This document shows, piece by piece, positions 30,986 to 40,972 of a stretch of DNA of 64,000 nucleotides; within the stretch, counting starts at the first letter, position 1; each line of letters starts with the position of its first letter. The notes below the pieces were generated by a model. It ran no database searches. It saw only the letters and a list, made by a program, of their open reading frames with translations, and was not told the DNA's origin. The stretch is from Lunatibacter salilacus (lineage in GTDB: Bacteria > Bacteroidota > Bacteroidia > Cytophagales > Cyclobacteriaceae): assembly GCF_009797935.1 (NCBI RefSeq), contig NZ_VOLC01000004.1:192820-256819 (forward strand), written 5' to 3'. A program made the position numbers and the translations under genes.

Positions 30986-33016
30986 TTAGGACAATTTCCT
31001 GTTTTCTATTCCCATGGATTTGGCCATATCCATCAACCCTGCCAAAAAACCTCGGTCCTCCTCCGAAGCGGTTATTTGGAGCTGACCAATCAATGCGGCA
31101 ATGGATAGATTTTTGACATCAGAGGTGGTGATGCCATACTTATCTGCAACTCGTTTGACCTTTGCAATAAGGTCGCTATTTTCTCCAGATTCTCCATTGC
31201 CATTACTGAGCAGTGCTCCTTTAAACTGGCTAATAGTATTGGAATTCTCTACCAATTTATCGATTCCCTTTCCATTTGAAACCTGACGAATCACATTTTC
31301 AAAGAAGGTATTATCACCACCCACAATATCGATTTTCGCTGATTTGAAGGCTTCTGCCAATACCTTGGCCTGAGCGTCGGCGATGTCTTTTTGTATTCCA
31401 ATTTGGGCTAATTCCACTTCTTTTTCCTTTTGCAAATGAAGACGGAATTCCTCGTGTTCTTTGCCCGCATCATTTAGCTGCTTCATGGCAGTTGCCTTTT
31501 CCTGAATTCCCTTGGCCTCCGCAACGGCTTTTTCTTGAATGACCTCTGCCTCTGCCAAGCCTTCCTTTCGTTTGGCCTCTGCTATTCGTTCAATCACAAC
31601 AGCATCAACTGTGCCTTGTCTTTCGAGGGCATCTGCTTTCGCATGCATCACTTGCGCCTCCGAAAGCCCTATGGCAGCCTCTTCCTTGGCTATAGCTTCA
31701 GCTATGATTTTCCGAGCTTCGGCATCTTTATCAGCCGCATCTTTTCGTGCTCCAGCTTCAATGATGATTTTTTGAGCTTCAAATTTGGCAGATTTCTCCT
31801 TGGCTTCTGCGGATTTGACCTCTTCGATCAGGTTCACCTCCGCAGCTTTGGAAGCGATTATCAAAGCCACTTCTTTTTGTCTTCCCGCCTCTTTTAAGGC
31901 TTCTACATCTTTTATCTTTTCTTTTTCCTCGACCACGGTTTTTTCCATGGCTACCCGTTCCCTAATGGCATCCTGGATGTTTTTCTTCTCCAATTCTACC
32001 GCTTTCTCTTTTTCAATTTGTGCAAGTTCTACTACCCGCTCTCTTTCAGTGGCCTCGATGTCCCTATCCTTCTGTACCCGCTCGGTTTCCACCGCTTCTG
32101 CGCGCTCTTTATTCTTGAGTGCGATAATAACCTGCCGCTGCTTATTCTCCTCCTGTATCTGTAGCTGCTCTTCCGTGCGTATCCTAACTTCCTCTGATTT
32201 CAGTCGCTCCAAAGAAGAAACCTTGTCTATTTCAGCCTGCTCTCGTGCTTTTATGGTTTCTATCTCACGACGTTGAGACTCTTCTTTCTCTTTGAGTTGC
32301 TTCTCCAGTTCCAGAATGGCTTCCCGGGCTTCGACATCCTGTTTCTTTATAATCTTTTCTTCATCCCTGCGGATTAGATTGGCCTTGATGTTTTGGGCTG
32401 CGGTAAGTTCAGTGATTTTTTTGATGCCTTCTGCATCCAGAATATTATTTGAATCCAAGTTTTCTACCTTGGTTTGCTCCAGGTAATCAATGGCACAATC
32501 ATCCAGCACGTACCCATTTAAGTCAGTTCCGATAATGTCAATGATTTCATTCCTGAATTCCCTTCGGGCTTCATAGAGTTCGATAAATTCAAATTTTTTC
32601 CCAACGGTTTTGAGTGCTTCAGAGAATTTGGCCTCAAACAAGCTTTCCAAGGTTTCATGGTCTGATGCACGGGCACAACCTATGGTTTGGGCTACATTGA
32701 TGATATCCTGTACGGATTTGTTTACCCGTACAAAGAAGGCTACCTTGATGTCCGCCCGCATATTGTCCTTGCAGATCAGACCGTCTTTGGCCATTCTGGA
32801 AATATCCAGCTTCTTAACTGAAATATCCATGATTTCCTGTTTGTGAAGAATAGGGACTACAAGTCCCGCATTAAAAAAGATCTTTACTCCGCCTTGCCCG
32901 GTCCGCACCAGAACCCGGCCTTGGCTCACTTTTTTGTACATGGAGATGAGCCACATGAGCAGCCCTAGCAGCACAATCATTCCGAATATGGCCACTGTGT
33001 AAAAAGATTCCGTCAT
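30986..33016 (-). CDS. flotillin-like SPFH/band-7 protein (YqiK type)
   Basis: N-terminal TM helix; SPFH domain; ~330-aa E/K/A-rich coiled coil (AEAKEK.., EKEKAVELEK..); YqiJ-like gene 12 bp upstream. Confidence 0.85.
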   Translation of the reverse strand: MTESFYTVAIFGMIVLLGLLMWLISMYKKVSQGRVLVRTGQGGVKIFFNAGLVVPILHKQEIMDISVKKLDISRMAKDGLICKDNMRADIKVAFFVRVNKSVQDIINVAQTIGCARASDHETLESLFEAKFSEALKTVGKKFEFIELYEARREFRNEIIDIIGTDLNGYVLDDCAIDYLEQTKVENLDSNNILDAEGIKKITELTAAQNIKANLIRRDEEKIIKKQDVEAREAILELEKQLKEKEESQRREIETIKAREQAEIDKVSSLERLKSEEVRIRTEEQLQIQEENKQRQVIIALKNKERAEAVETERVQKDRDIEATERERVVELAQIEKEKAVELEKKNIQDAIRERVAMEKTVVEEKEKIKDVEALKEAGRQKEVALIIASKAAEVNLIEEVKSAEAKEKSAKFEAQKIIIEAGARKDAADKDAEARKIIAEAIAKEEAAIGLSEAQVMHAKADALERQGTVDAVVIERIAEAKRKEGLAEAEVIQEKAVAEAKGIQEKATAMKQLNDAGKEHEEFRLHLQKEKEVELAQIGIQKDIADAQAKVLAEAFKSAKIDIVGGDNTFFENVIRQVSNGKGIDKLVENSNTISQFKGALLSNGNGESGENSDLIAKVKRVADKYGITTSDVKNLSIAALIGQLQITASEEDRGFLAGLMDMAKSMGIENRKLS

Positions 33017-33028
33017 TTTTTCCTTGGT

Positions 33029-33652
33029 TTATGGTTGATACTTTTGTGCAAAATAAAATTTCTTATCCGGCGATTCCTCAAGTATGATCACCGTGTCTCC
33101 GTATGCAATCGCATCGTCGTCGATCGATTTGGCATATACTTTTAGTACATCGTCCCCGAAGAGTATATCGATCTGACCCATTTTATCCTTACTCATGGGA
33201 ATGACTACCCGGCCCACTTTTCCAATAAAGTCAATAGGTAGTTCTCCCTTGTGATTAAAAACCGCATACAGCTTCACAAAGGGCTTGGCGACTACTTTGG
33301 TGATGAGCATGCTGACGACAAATCCCGGAAGATATACCAAGAACCCCAGAATATTGTCTGAAATGCCAAGTAGGGCAGTAACGTTCACATTGATAAGCCA
33401 CATACTAAATACGACTAGGGTGATGATGAACATCACAGGCAACTCCCCAATGTAGAAAAACTCCCAAACCGCTGACCAAAAGCCCTGACCTTCCACATTT
33501 CCCACATCGGCACTATTGACGTCTGCGTCTGCATCCAGATCCAGGTCAAGCCCGGTAAAGATGATGACAATCCAATATAATACCACCACTAACATTAATA
33601 GCGTAAGGATAAAGTTTGCAGGCGCAAAAGAGATGTCTATTAATTTTTCCAT
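33029..33652 (-). CDS. YqiJ/NfeD-like (DUF1449-type) membrane protein with C-terminal OB-fold
   Basis: 207 aa; DLDLDADADV acidic stretch; two or three TM helices; C-terminal beta-rich segment (GKVGRVVIPM...GQIDILFGD). The arrangement matches E. coli yqiJ-yqiK. Confidence 0.55.
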   Translation of the reverse strand: MEKLIDISFAPANFILTLLMLVVVLYWIVIIFTGLDLDLDADADVNSADVGNVEGQGFWSAVWEFFYIGELPVMFIITLVVFSMWLINVNVTALLGISDNILGFLVYLPGFVVSMLITKVVAKPFVKLYAVFNHKGELPIDFIGKVGRVVIPMSKDKMGQIDILFGDDVLKVYAKSIDDDAIAYGDTVIILEESPDKKFYFAQKYQP

Positions 33653-33736
33653 GGAAATACCAATTTGAAAGGGTAAGAGATGGGAGAGTTACACCGATAC
33701 CAGGTTTGTTCAGGTGTGGGATTACGATAAATTAGC

Positions 33737-34432
33737 CTATTCCATACCCATCTGCTTTTTTAGTTGGGCCAGTTCATCTTCTACGGTCAAGTCCTCTAGC
33801 GTTTTCTTGAGTTTCTCATCGTGGGATTGGTTGGCATTGGCCATTTCACCGTATGCTTCCGCCAATGCTTCATCTTGAACCACTTTTTCTTTCATACGTT
33901 CCAGCATTGCCACCACCCCAGTGCTGTCCATATTGGTCATCTGTTTGTTGATTTTTTCTGTGGCACTGCTTACTTTGATTCGCGCCTTCAGAGTCCGAAG
34001 TTCGTTCTCCCACTGCTGTATGCCCGCTTTAATTCTACTGAGATTTTGTTCCAGAGTGCCTACCTGCTTCTCCAAATTTGACACTTCGTCCCTGATTAGA
34101 AGAATTTCCTGGGCCACTTGGGCTTTGCGTTTGAGATTTCCTTTGACAAGGTTTTCAGCTTCTTGGGTCTCAAGTTCTCCTTGTTGGGATTTTTTAAGAA
34201 GCAAAACCGATTTGTTTTGAAGGTCCTCTTCAAGTATTTCATTTTCTTTAAGATCCTTTGACCTACGGATATGCATTGCTTTTACTTCAGCCAGAGCCCT
34301 GAGGGCTTTGTCCTGATTGTCCCTCATATCCCGGAGTCCCTGTTCGATCATATTGATGGGGTCTTCCAGTTTGTCGATGGCCGAATGGGTTTCAGCCTGA
34401 CCTATTTTGAATAATCTTTTCAGCACGTTCAT
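33737..34432 (-). CDS. PspA/IM30 family protein (phage-shock protein A / Vipp1-like, ESCRT-III superfamily)
   Basis: MNVLKRLFKIGQAETHSAIDKLEDPINMIEQGLRDMRDNQDKA matches the PspA N-terminus (cf. MGIFSRF..EDPQKLV..QEMEDTL); all-helical coiled coil; 231 aa. Confidence 0.8.
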   Translation of the reverse strand: MNVLKRLFKIGQAETHSAIDKLEDPINMIEQGLRDMRDNQDKALRALAEVKAMHIRRSKDLKENEILEEDLQNKSVLLLKKSQQGELETQEAENLVKGNLKRKAQVAQEILLIRDEVSNLEKQVGTLEQNLSRIKAGIQQWENELRTLKARIKVSSATEKINKQMTNMDSTGVVAMLERMKEKVVQDEALAEAYGEMANANQSHDEKLKKTLEDLTVEDELAQLKKQMGME

Positions 34433-34448
34433 ATCTTTTGTGTTTTAA

Positions 34449-34838
34449 TTATTTTGAAAAGGATAATATTTCATTGGAATATTCGGATAGCAAGAGACCC
34501 AGGGAATTGATCGTTCCTTCCAACTCCTTCAAGTCCAGTGTCTCTACCTGTAATGTGTTTCGGAAAATGACCTTTTCTCCTTTCTCGTCCAGAACGAAGG
34601 CACCATGTACAATGTCTCTGTTTTTTATCAACAGGTGTCTGAAAATATCGGGATCATCGGTGACATCGAAGAGGTACTGTTCTATAATGACAATGGGTGT
34701 TGCCACTCCAATGACCATGTTTTTTACGCCCATTTCCTCATTGTCGATGACCAATAAATTGTCTGAGGTGTTTTCATATAATAACCCATAGCCCAGTTCC
34801 ATGACAAAATCTCTGACTTTCTTAAAATAATGATCCAT
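34449..34838 (-). CDS. YbjN/YjfI(DUF2170)-like small cytoplasmic protein
   Basis: 129 aa; alternating beta/alpha pattern typical of the YbjN family; first gene of the operon, 16 bp before pspA (cf. E. coli yjfI-yjfJ). Confidence 0.4.
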   Translation of the reverse strand: MDHYFKKVRDFVMELGYGLLYENTSDNLLVIDNEEMGVKNMVIGVATPIVIIEQYLFDVTDDPDIFRHLLIKNRDIVHGAFVLDEKGEKVIFRNTLQVETLDLKELEGTINSLGLLLSEYSNEILSFSK

Positions 34839-34918
34839 ATGCGGGATAATTTAAAGTTGTTAAAAGTTAGGATACTGCGATTAATCACTTCACAAGTATA
34901 AAAAAAGAAGAAATAAAA

Positions 34919-34959
34919 TGCAAATAAAATTAGCATTTATTTTGCTAATTTTATTTGCA
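34919..34959. promoter_or_regulatory. perfect 17-bp inverted repeat (TGCAAATAAAATTAGCA-N7-TGCTAATTTTATTTGCA), probable operator
   Basis: Read directly from the sequence. It lies 32 bp upstream of the XRE regulator ATG (34991) and ~80 bp upstream of the divergent operon start (34838). Confidence 0.6.
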
Positions 34960-34990
34960 AAGCCTAATTTTGTTTCAAATAGTAACGGTT

Positions 34991-35626
34991 ATGTCAAAAT
35001 TCGGGAAAAATATAAAGAAGATCAGAAATGTGCGCGGCTTGACTCAAGCGCAGTTGGCCGAAATGATTGAAGTAAATAGGGGTGTTGTTTCTTCTTACGA
35101 GGAGGGCAGGGCTGAACCTAAAATTGAGACCATTATAAAAACCGCGGAGGTATTTCAACTATCGATTGATCTTTTGCTCAAGAGTAGCGTCACTGTAAAT
35201 CAGTTAAGTGGGTTTGCCCTGCCGGAGATTGCCAAGGGTAAAGGAGAAGTTCAAAAGCTACCGGAAAATAGGCAGACGGTATTTGATTTTTTACCAAAAG
35301 GCACTGTGGGAATTTCATGCAGGGACATAGAACCTAGCACTTATATAAAGAAAGCCGAGACCATTTTAGCGGCCCCGGCAAAAGCTGTAGTGGGAAAGCT
35401 TATGCTGATTCAATCCGAAGGGAAGAAGTATTTGGGCAAAGTCACGGCGGTAAATGCCAATGAAATTAGCTTGGATAATTTAGATAGGATATTACATCAG
35501 CCAAGCTTGATGTTGGAGGTTATGGGGATTTATTCTCCAATCCAACAGATAAGCCCTTTGGAAGAAAGGGTACTTCAGCTAGAGAATCGATTGGATCAGC
35601 TAGAAGTAAAGCTGCGGGAAATCTAA
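34991..35626 (+). CDS. XRE-family helix-turn-helix transcriptional regulator with C-terminal coiled-coil/unknown domain
   Basis: MSKFGKNIKKIRNVRGLTQAQLAEMIEVNRGVVSSYEEG is a canonical XRE HTH; C-terminal leucine-zipper-like LEERVLQLENRLDQLEVKL. The ORF-track start at 34955 is TTG; the ATG at 34991 is preferred. Confidence 0.75.
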   Translation: MSKFGKNIKKIRNVRGLTQAQLAEMIEVNRGVVSSYEEGRAEPKIETIIKTAEVFQLSIDLLLKSSVTVNQLSGFALPEIAKGKGEVQKLPENRQTVFDFLPKGTVGISCRDIEPSTYIKKAETILAAPAKAVVGKLMLIQSEGKKYLGKVTAVNANEISLDNLDRILHQPSLMLEVMGIYSPIQQISPLEERVLQLENRLDQLEVKLREI

Positions 35627-35674
35627 TCTCATTTCAATTTTTGATCAAAAGTTCACGGTATCCCTGTTATTTTC

Positions 35675-36775
35675 TCATTCAGGTAGTTGAGACGTCAACA
35701 TTAAGTAAGGGGCATGAAAATGATGTGGAAATAGTACTTTAGGATTATCAGGGAATTCCTCCATGTATGCATCATCCGGGGATAATACGATGATATCTCC
35801 AGTTCTCACATAGTGATTGCTGTCGTAAAACGGCGGGGCAACGTATCCCGGTATATTTTTTACCACCGATTTGGACGTCATTTTGCCCAAGTATTTTTGA
35901 TAATTGCGACGGGCCTTTTTAGTCGGTTTGTCAAGTTGGTTGTAGACGCTTTTCATAATTAGCCGTTTTGGAAATTTCTCCTTTCGGATCATGGCCTCCG
36001 CATTCAAAAACGGATTAATGGTATTAAAGTCTGCGGTAGTCTGAATGGACATGGGAACCTCCGGAACCCAGTCTTTGGCGTTAACCACATTATACGCCCA
36101 GCCATCGTAAGCCAGGTCCTCGTAGGTATAGGCAAAATAAAGATTCCCAGGCTTGGGGGCCGCACTGCAATAGGTCTTGATCTTCAAATCTGCAGGAAGA
36201 TTCCCAGACTTCTGAAGTGCTCTTAGGTGGGCGGTCAGCAGATAGGCGATTCCCCCGCCTTGACTGTGCCCAATGATTAAAAATTCCTTTGTTCCCTGCT
36301 GATAGGCTGAGTCTATTTTTGGAAGTAAATCCCGTACTATAAACCCAGAGCCTATCAACCAACCAATATGTACTGCAGCTTGGGGATTTTCTGAGAGTGC
36401 GTACTTAAATTCAAAGTCATCTGCTAACGTCAAAGATCCTTTGGCGGGCACCATGGCTGCATAGAAATTTTCCAGCCAACTGACCGCATTCGGCGTGGTA
36501 CCCCGGATACTTATGGCCGCCACCGGCTTTTCCGAGTGCTTCCAAAGATCCCATTGATTGTCCAATCCCAGCACTCCGGACTGATACACCATTTCAAAGT
36601 TCTGCGGTTTCTCAATGGTATTAAAATAGGAAGAATCCCCAGTGGATCGCGCTGAAATTTTCAGTGCTTCCATATATTCGTACTTGTCAAAACTAGGTTT
36701 TAAGTATTGGCATTCAGCTTTCCAGACAAATCCAAAAAAAGCCGAGAAGAGGAGAATCAATGCTTTTTTTTCCAT
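35675..36775 (-). CDS. secreted class-3 (fungal-type) lipase family protein
   Basis: Signal peptide from the internal Met (MEKKALILLFSAFFG); GHSQGG nucleophile elbow. Confidence 0.6.
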   Translation of the reverse strand: MEKKALILLFSAFFGFVWKAECQYLKPSFDKYEYMEALKISARSTGDSSYFNTIEKPQNFEMVYQSGVLGLDNQWDLWKHSEKPVAAISIRGTTPNAVSWLENFYAAMVPAKGSLTLADDFEFKYALSENPQAAVHIGWLIGSGFIVRDLLPKIDSAYQQGTKEFLIIGHSQGGGIAYLLTAHLRALQKSGNLPADLKIKTYCSAAPKPGNLYFAYTYEDLAYDGWAYNVVNAKDWVPEVPMSIQTTADFNTINPFLNAEAMIRKEKFPKRLIMKSVYNQLDKPTKKARRNYQKYLGKMTSKSVVKNIPGYVAPPFYDSNHYVRTGDIIVLSPDDAYMEEFPDNPKVLFPHHFHAPYLMLTSQLPE

Positions 36776-36951
36776 AATTTCCCGATATTTCCGCATGTTT
36801 ATTGTGAACAAACTCATAGAACTGGAACCATCATCTACGGCGTAAGTTTTAAATATAACCCAACTTTCGGATAATTCTATATTAAGGTAAAAAGACAAAA
36901 CCCCGGGACCATGCTGTACCGGGGTTTTGGTCATTATATAGGAAAGGTGGT

Positions 36952-38223
36952 TTAATTCAACCGCATGTCCGAGGTTCCTTTGTCAATCACCTCGCTAAAT
37001 ACCCGCATAAAGTTTCCGCTCCAAATCTTAACGATATCTTCTTCGGTATAGCCTCTTTTAACCAGTTCTACGGTAATATTTTTTATCTCACTGATGTCGT
37101 AGCAATCCGCCAATCCTCCGCCACCATCGAGATCCATTCCTATGCCTACATATTCGACGCCGACAAGGTCCACGATATGGTCAATATGATCAACGTAGTC
37201 CGCTACTGTTGCCAAGTCATTTTTATACTTTTCGCGAATTACCATCATCTCTGACCGATATTCATCCCTTTTTTCGGAAGTCATTTCTTGCATAGGCCCA
37301 TATTTCGCCCGCAACGAATCCATTTCGGCTTCCCGTTCCGGGTTTGGGGTAGGGGTTTTCACATAGCTACTTAGAGCATTTACCTGTACCACGCCACCAT
37401 TTTTTGCCAATTTGACAATCATGTCATCGGTTAGATTTCTTGGATGCTCACAGAGTGCCCTGGCGGAAGAATGTGTGGCTACTATTGGGGCATTGGTCAC
37501 TTCCAAAACATCATAGAAGGCATCGTCCGAAATGTGCGATACGTCTATCATCATTCCAAGGCGGTTCATTTCCTGAACGACCTCTTTTCCAAATTCGCTG
37601 AGACCGCCATGTTCCGGGCCGTTAGGATCGGTGGAGGAATCGCAGATTTCGTTGTTTCCACCATGACTAAGGGTGATGTAACGGGCACCGAGGTCGTAGA
37701 ACTTTTTCACCTTCGTGATGTCGGTTCCCAGGGGATACCCATTTTCAAGTCCGATATAGATAGCAATTTTGTTTTCTTCGGCAATCGTTTCCAAATCCTT
37801 AGGTTCCAGCGCGAGGGCAAGTTTGTCCGAATTGTCGGCTACCGATTGATGGATCAGTGTGAAATATTCGGTAACCTTTTCATCAGCAGCTACGTGTGAA
37901 GCCGAATCTCGGGGTCCCTGCCCCAGATAAGCAACCATAAAAATTCCATTGAGTTCTCCCCGCTCCATGCGGGGAATGTCTACCTGACTGCCAGTCTTCC
38001 ACGGGTCGTGTTCTTCCCGAAGGTCAAATCCTAGGCGGGACATTTGAAGAGGCGTATCAGCATGTGTATCTATTTTTAGGACCGAGCTGTGAATTCGGTT
38101 GGCGATTTCCATGGGGTCTGGTTCGGAGGCACAGGAACTCAGTCCGACTGAGATCCCAACCAATCCCAACGCCGTATAAGCAAGGACCTGTTTGAGGAGA
38201 TGCAAAGGGGTTTTGTCTTTCAT
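36952..38223 (-). CDS. membrane dipeptidase, peptidase family M19 (renal dipeptidase-like), lipoprotein
   Basis: Lipobox GLSSCAS; VLKIDTHADTP metal-binding motif; TIM-barrel dipeptidase pattern (VSHISD, ATHSSAR). Confidence 0.75.
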   Translation of the reverse strand: MKDKTPLHLLKQVLAYTALGLVGISVGLSSCASEPDPMEIANRIHSSVLKIDTHADTPLQMSRLGFDLREEHDPWKTGSQVDIPRMERGELNGIFMVAYLGQGPRDSASHVAADEKVTEYFTLIHQSVADNSDKLALALEPKDLETIAEENKIAIYIGLENGYPLGTDITKVKKFYDLGARYITLSHGGNNEICDSSTDPNGPEHGGLSEFGKEVVQEMNRLGMMIDVSHISDDAFYDVLEVTNAPIVATHSSARALCEHPRNLTDDMIVKLAKNGGVVQVNALSSYVKTPTPNPEREAEMDSLRAKYGPMQEMTSEKRDEYRSEMMVIREKYKNDLATVADYVDHIDHIVDLVGVEYVGIGMDLDGGGGLADCYDISEIKNITVELVKRGYTEEDIVKIWSGNFMRVFSEVIDKGTSDMRLN

Positions 38224-38475
38224 GATTACTTTAGTGGAAGTTAGGGTTTTGAAGACTTAAATGCAAAATTTGCAATTTATACAGTGGTAAATTGAATGTA
38301 AGATCTAAAAATAAGGAATTGATAGGGAAAAATACAAAGACGGTTGAAGATTAATGAAAAATATTATCTCCGTCCCCTTAGTATCTTTGAAGATATATCC
38401 GTATTAATATTAACATGCCAAGTAAATGTTAAGAAGTTGTCTCTTGAATTAGGCAGCAAAACCTTTCGCACGCCC

Positions 38476-40533
38476 ATGAAAACGTTTATCTTATTTTATG
38501 TTTTTGTACTTGTTTCTTTTATTCCGATCAGGATGAATCAAATTCCTTTCATTTTAGCCGATCCAGTTTTAAAACAGGAGGGTTCAAAAGAAGTGGGTGA
38601 TTTATCTGAATTTATTGACTCTTTGGATAACTTTAATCAGTTGGAATACAACAACCCGGCTCTGCTCACCGACTTGGGGGTGGGGCTATGGGCTTGGCCC
38701 CTTCCCATGGATTGGAATGAAGACGGACTGATGGATTTGGTAGTAGCCTGTACGGATCGGCCTTCCAACGGCGTCTATGTGTTCTTAAATACCGGAACAT
38801 ATGATCCGGCCACCGGGATGCCGGTTTTTTCTACGAGTGAGCGAATTGGTCCGGCTGGTCCCAATCCGCAGGTGTCCTATGTGGACGGAGCTCCGTTGGT
38901 TACTACCAGTGGGAAGTTTTACCCGGACTTCAGGAAAAGTGGCCTGACAAATTCGGTGGTTTTGGGAAACCCGGACAGTATACATGTAGGTGAGGGTAGG
39001 GTTCGGGCCAATCAATGGAAGCTGGTGGATTATACCGGAAACGGAGTGTTGGATATTGTTGTTGGTATTGGCTTTTGGGGCGATTACGGTTGGGATGATG
39101 CTTGGGACAAGCAGGGAAGCTGGACCAACGGTCCCTTACACGGATATGTGTATGTGATGGTAAATTCCGGTACGAACGAAGAACCCGCCTACGGGAGCCC
39201 GTTTCAGCTGCAGACTACATTGGGTGAACCTATCGATGTATTTGGCATGCCATCGCCCAGCTTTGCCGACTTTGACGGTGATGGAGATCTGGATCTACTT
39301 TGCGGGGAGTTTTTAGACGGGTTTACCTATTTCGAAAATGTGGGTAGCCGCGAAAAACCCGAATATGCTTCGGGAAAAAAGTTGGAAATAGGGGGGAAGC
39401 CTCTTGTGATGGACCTGTGCATGATTACGCCGGTAGCGGTGGATTTCAACGGAAATGGACATATAGACTTGGTCGTTGGTGATGAGGATGGGCGAGTGGC
39501 ACTTCTTGAAGCTACCGGAAAGTTGGTGGACGGGGTCCCGCAGTTTATGCCACCCCGGTATTTCCGGCAGCTGGCCGATCGGGTTAAGTTTGGTGCCTTG
39601 GCAGCTCCCGTCAGTGTGGACTGGGATGGAGATGGCTTGGAGGACATGATTGTGGGCAACACATCCGGACATATAGGATTTATAAAAAACCTCGGAGGTA
39701 ACCCTCCCCGCTGGGCAAACCCTGTTAACCTAGCTGCAGGGACAGAACTCCTAAGAGAGCAGGCTGGAAAAAACGGCTCCATCCAAGGTCCTGCGGAGGC
39801 AAAGTGGGGGTATACCAATCCCAGCGTTGGCGACTGGGACGGAGATGGGCTGCTGGATGTGGTCACCAACGGAATCTGGGGCAAGGTACTTTTTTACAAA
39901 AATATAGGGACAAAGACGGCTCCAAGGCTGGCACCTGCGCAGCCAATTGCGGTGGACTATTCAGGCAAGACACCTAAACCTACTTGGACTTGGTGGGAGC
40001 CTAAAGGTAAAGAACTCGTGACACAGTGGCGAACTACGCCACAACTAATTGACTGGAACGGAGATGGCCTGTTGGACTTGGTTATGCTGGATCAAGAAGG
40101 ATACCTAGCTCTCTTCGAACGCAAAAAGGACCAGGTAGGTAATCTTACACTCAGTCCGCCAAAGCGGGTGTTCTGGGGTGAGGGTGTCTCCGCATATGAT
40201 GGAAGTGGAAGGCCCCAAAATGAAATTTCCGGTTTACTTCGGATGAATGTCCGGGAAGCAGGTGGGAGTGGACGGCGTACCTTTACCTTCTATGACTGGG
40301 ACCAAGATGGCATCCTTGACTTGTTGGTCAACAGTGCCACCAACGTTAATGTTCTTAAAGGGCTGGGTAAGGATAGCAGCGGCCATTGGAGATACCAAGA
40401 CATCGGCTCGGTCAGCGAACAGCTTCTTGCCGCACACTCCACCACGCCCACCATTGCGAAATGGGAGGATAAGTCCTTTTTGGTAGTCGGTGCGGAAGAT
40501 GGCTTTTTCTATTATATGGCTGTACCGGAGTAG
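38476..40533 (+). CDS. secreted FG-GAP/VCBS-repeat protein (ASPIC/UnbV-like)
   Basis: Start at ATG 38476 (signal peptide); repeated DWNGDGLLDLV, DFDGDGDLDLL, DWDGDGLEDMIVG, DWDGDGLLDVV calcium-binding propeller repeats. Confidence 0.7.
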   Translation: MKTFILFYVFVLVSFIPIRMNQIPFILADPVLKQEGSKEVGDLSEFIDSLDNFNQLEYNNPALLTDLGVGLWAWPLPMDWNEDGLMDLVVACTDRPSNGVYVFLNTGTYDPATGMPVFSTSERIGPAGPNPQVSYVDGAPLVTTSGKFYPDFRKSGLTNSVVLGNPDSIHVGEGRVRANQWKLVDYTGNGVLDIVVGIGFWGDYGWDDAWDKQGSWTNGPLHGYVYVMVNSGTNEEPAYGSPFQLQTTLGEPIDVFGMPSPSFADFDGDGDLDLLCGEFLDGFTYFENVGSREKPEYASGKKLEIGGKPLVMDLCMITPVAVDFNGNGHIDLVVGDEDGRVALLEATGKLVDGVPQFMPPRYFRQLADRVKFGALAAPVSVDWDGDGLEDMIVGNTSGHIGFIKNLGGNPPRWANPVNLAAGTELLREQAGKNGSIQGPAEAKWGYTNPSVGDWDGDGLLDVVTNGIWGKVLFYKNIGTKTAPRLAPAQPIAVDYSGKTPKPTWTWWEPKGKELVTQWRTTPQLIDWNGDGLLDLVMLDQEGYLALFERKKDQVGNLTLSPPKRVFWGEGVSAYDGSGRPQNEISGLLRMNVREAGGSGRRTFTFYDWDQDGILDLLVNSATNVNVLKGLGKDSSGHWRYQDIGSVSEQLLAAHSTTPTIAKWEDKSFLVVGAEDGFFYYMAVPE

Positions 40534-40972
40534 AAGATGGAACTGTTCTATAAATCCAAAAAACAGATTGCATGATTTCAATATGCTGGAAGCTTCATAT
40601 TTGATATAATCATATTACTTTTGAAAGGATCAGGTACAGATGTAATTCCCTTAAAAAATGGATCCCATAGGCCACAAAGAAATTTATAGATCAAGTAAAA
40701 ACTATGTGCGCTATGAGTCCTATGTGGTAAAATTTTATACACGAATTCTTAATGGAGCTGTTTTTTAACCACATAGTTGCATAGTTCACATAGAAATCTT
40801 AAAAAATTATTGACTTCGTCCTTTGTAGTTTTTTATCTTTAACTGCAACGGATGCTTAGTAGATTAACGGTAGGTAAAGAAATAAAAAAAAACGCTGTTT
40901 CTTTCAAGTATTTCCGTGTCCTTCGTGGCTAACCGTTTCTAATATAAATTAAACGTCGTCGATCATATCCCT

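Noticed and set aside
31535-32486. Several plus-strand ORFs (120, 78, 163, 64 aa; S/F/A/C-rich) opposite the flotillin gene
   Set aside because: They are antisense shadows of the GAA/AAG/GCA-rich E/K/A coiled-coil coding region of the flotillin gene. They are low complexity with no start context.
33737-34432. Classical sigma54/PspF-dependent psp operon
   Set aside because: There is no pspF-like AAA+ enhancer-binding protein and no pspB or pspC. The regulator present is an XRE HTH, and the downstream genes are flotillin, NfeD-like and the giant ATPase.
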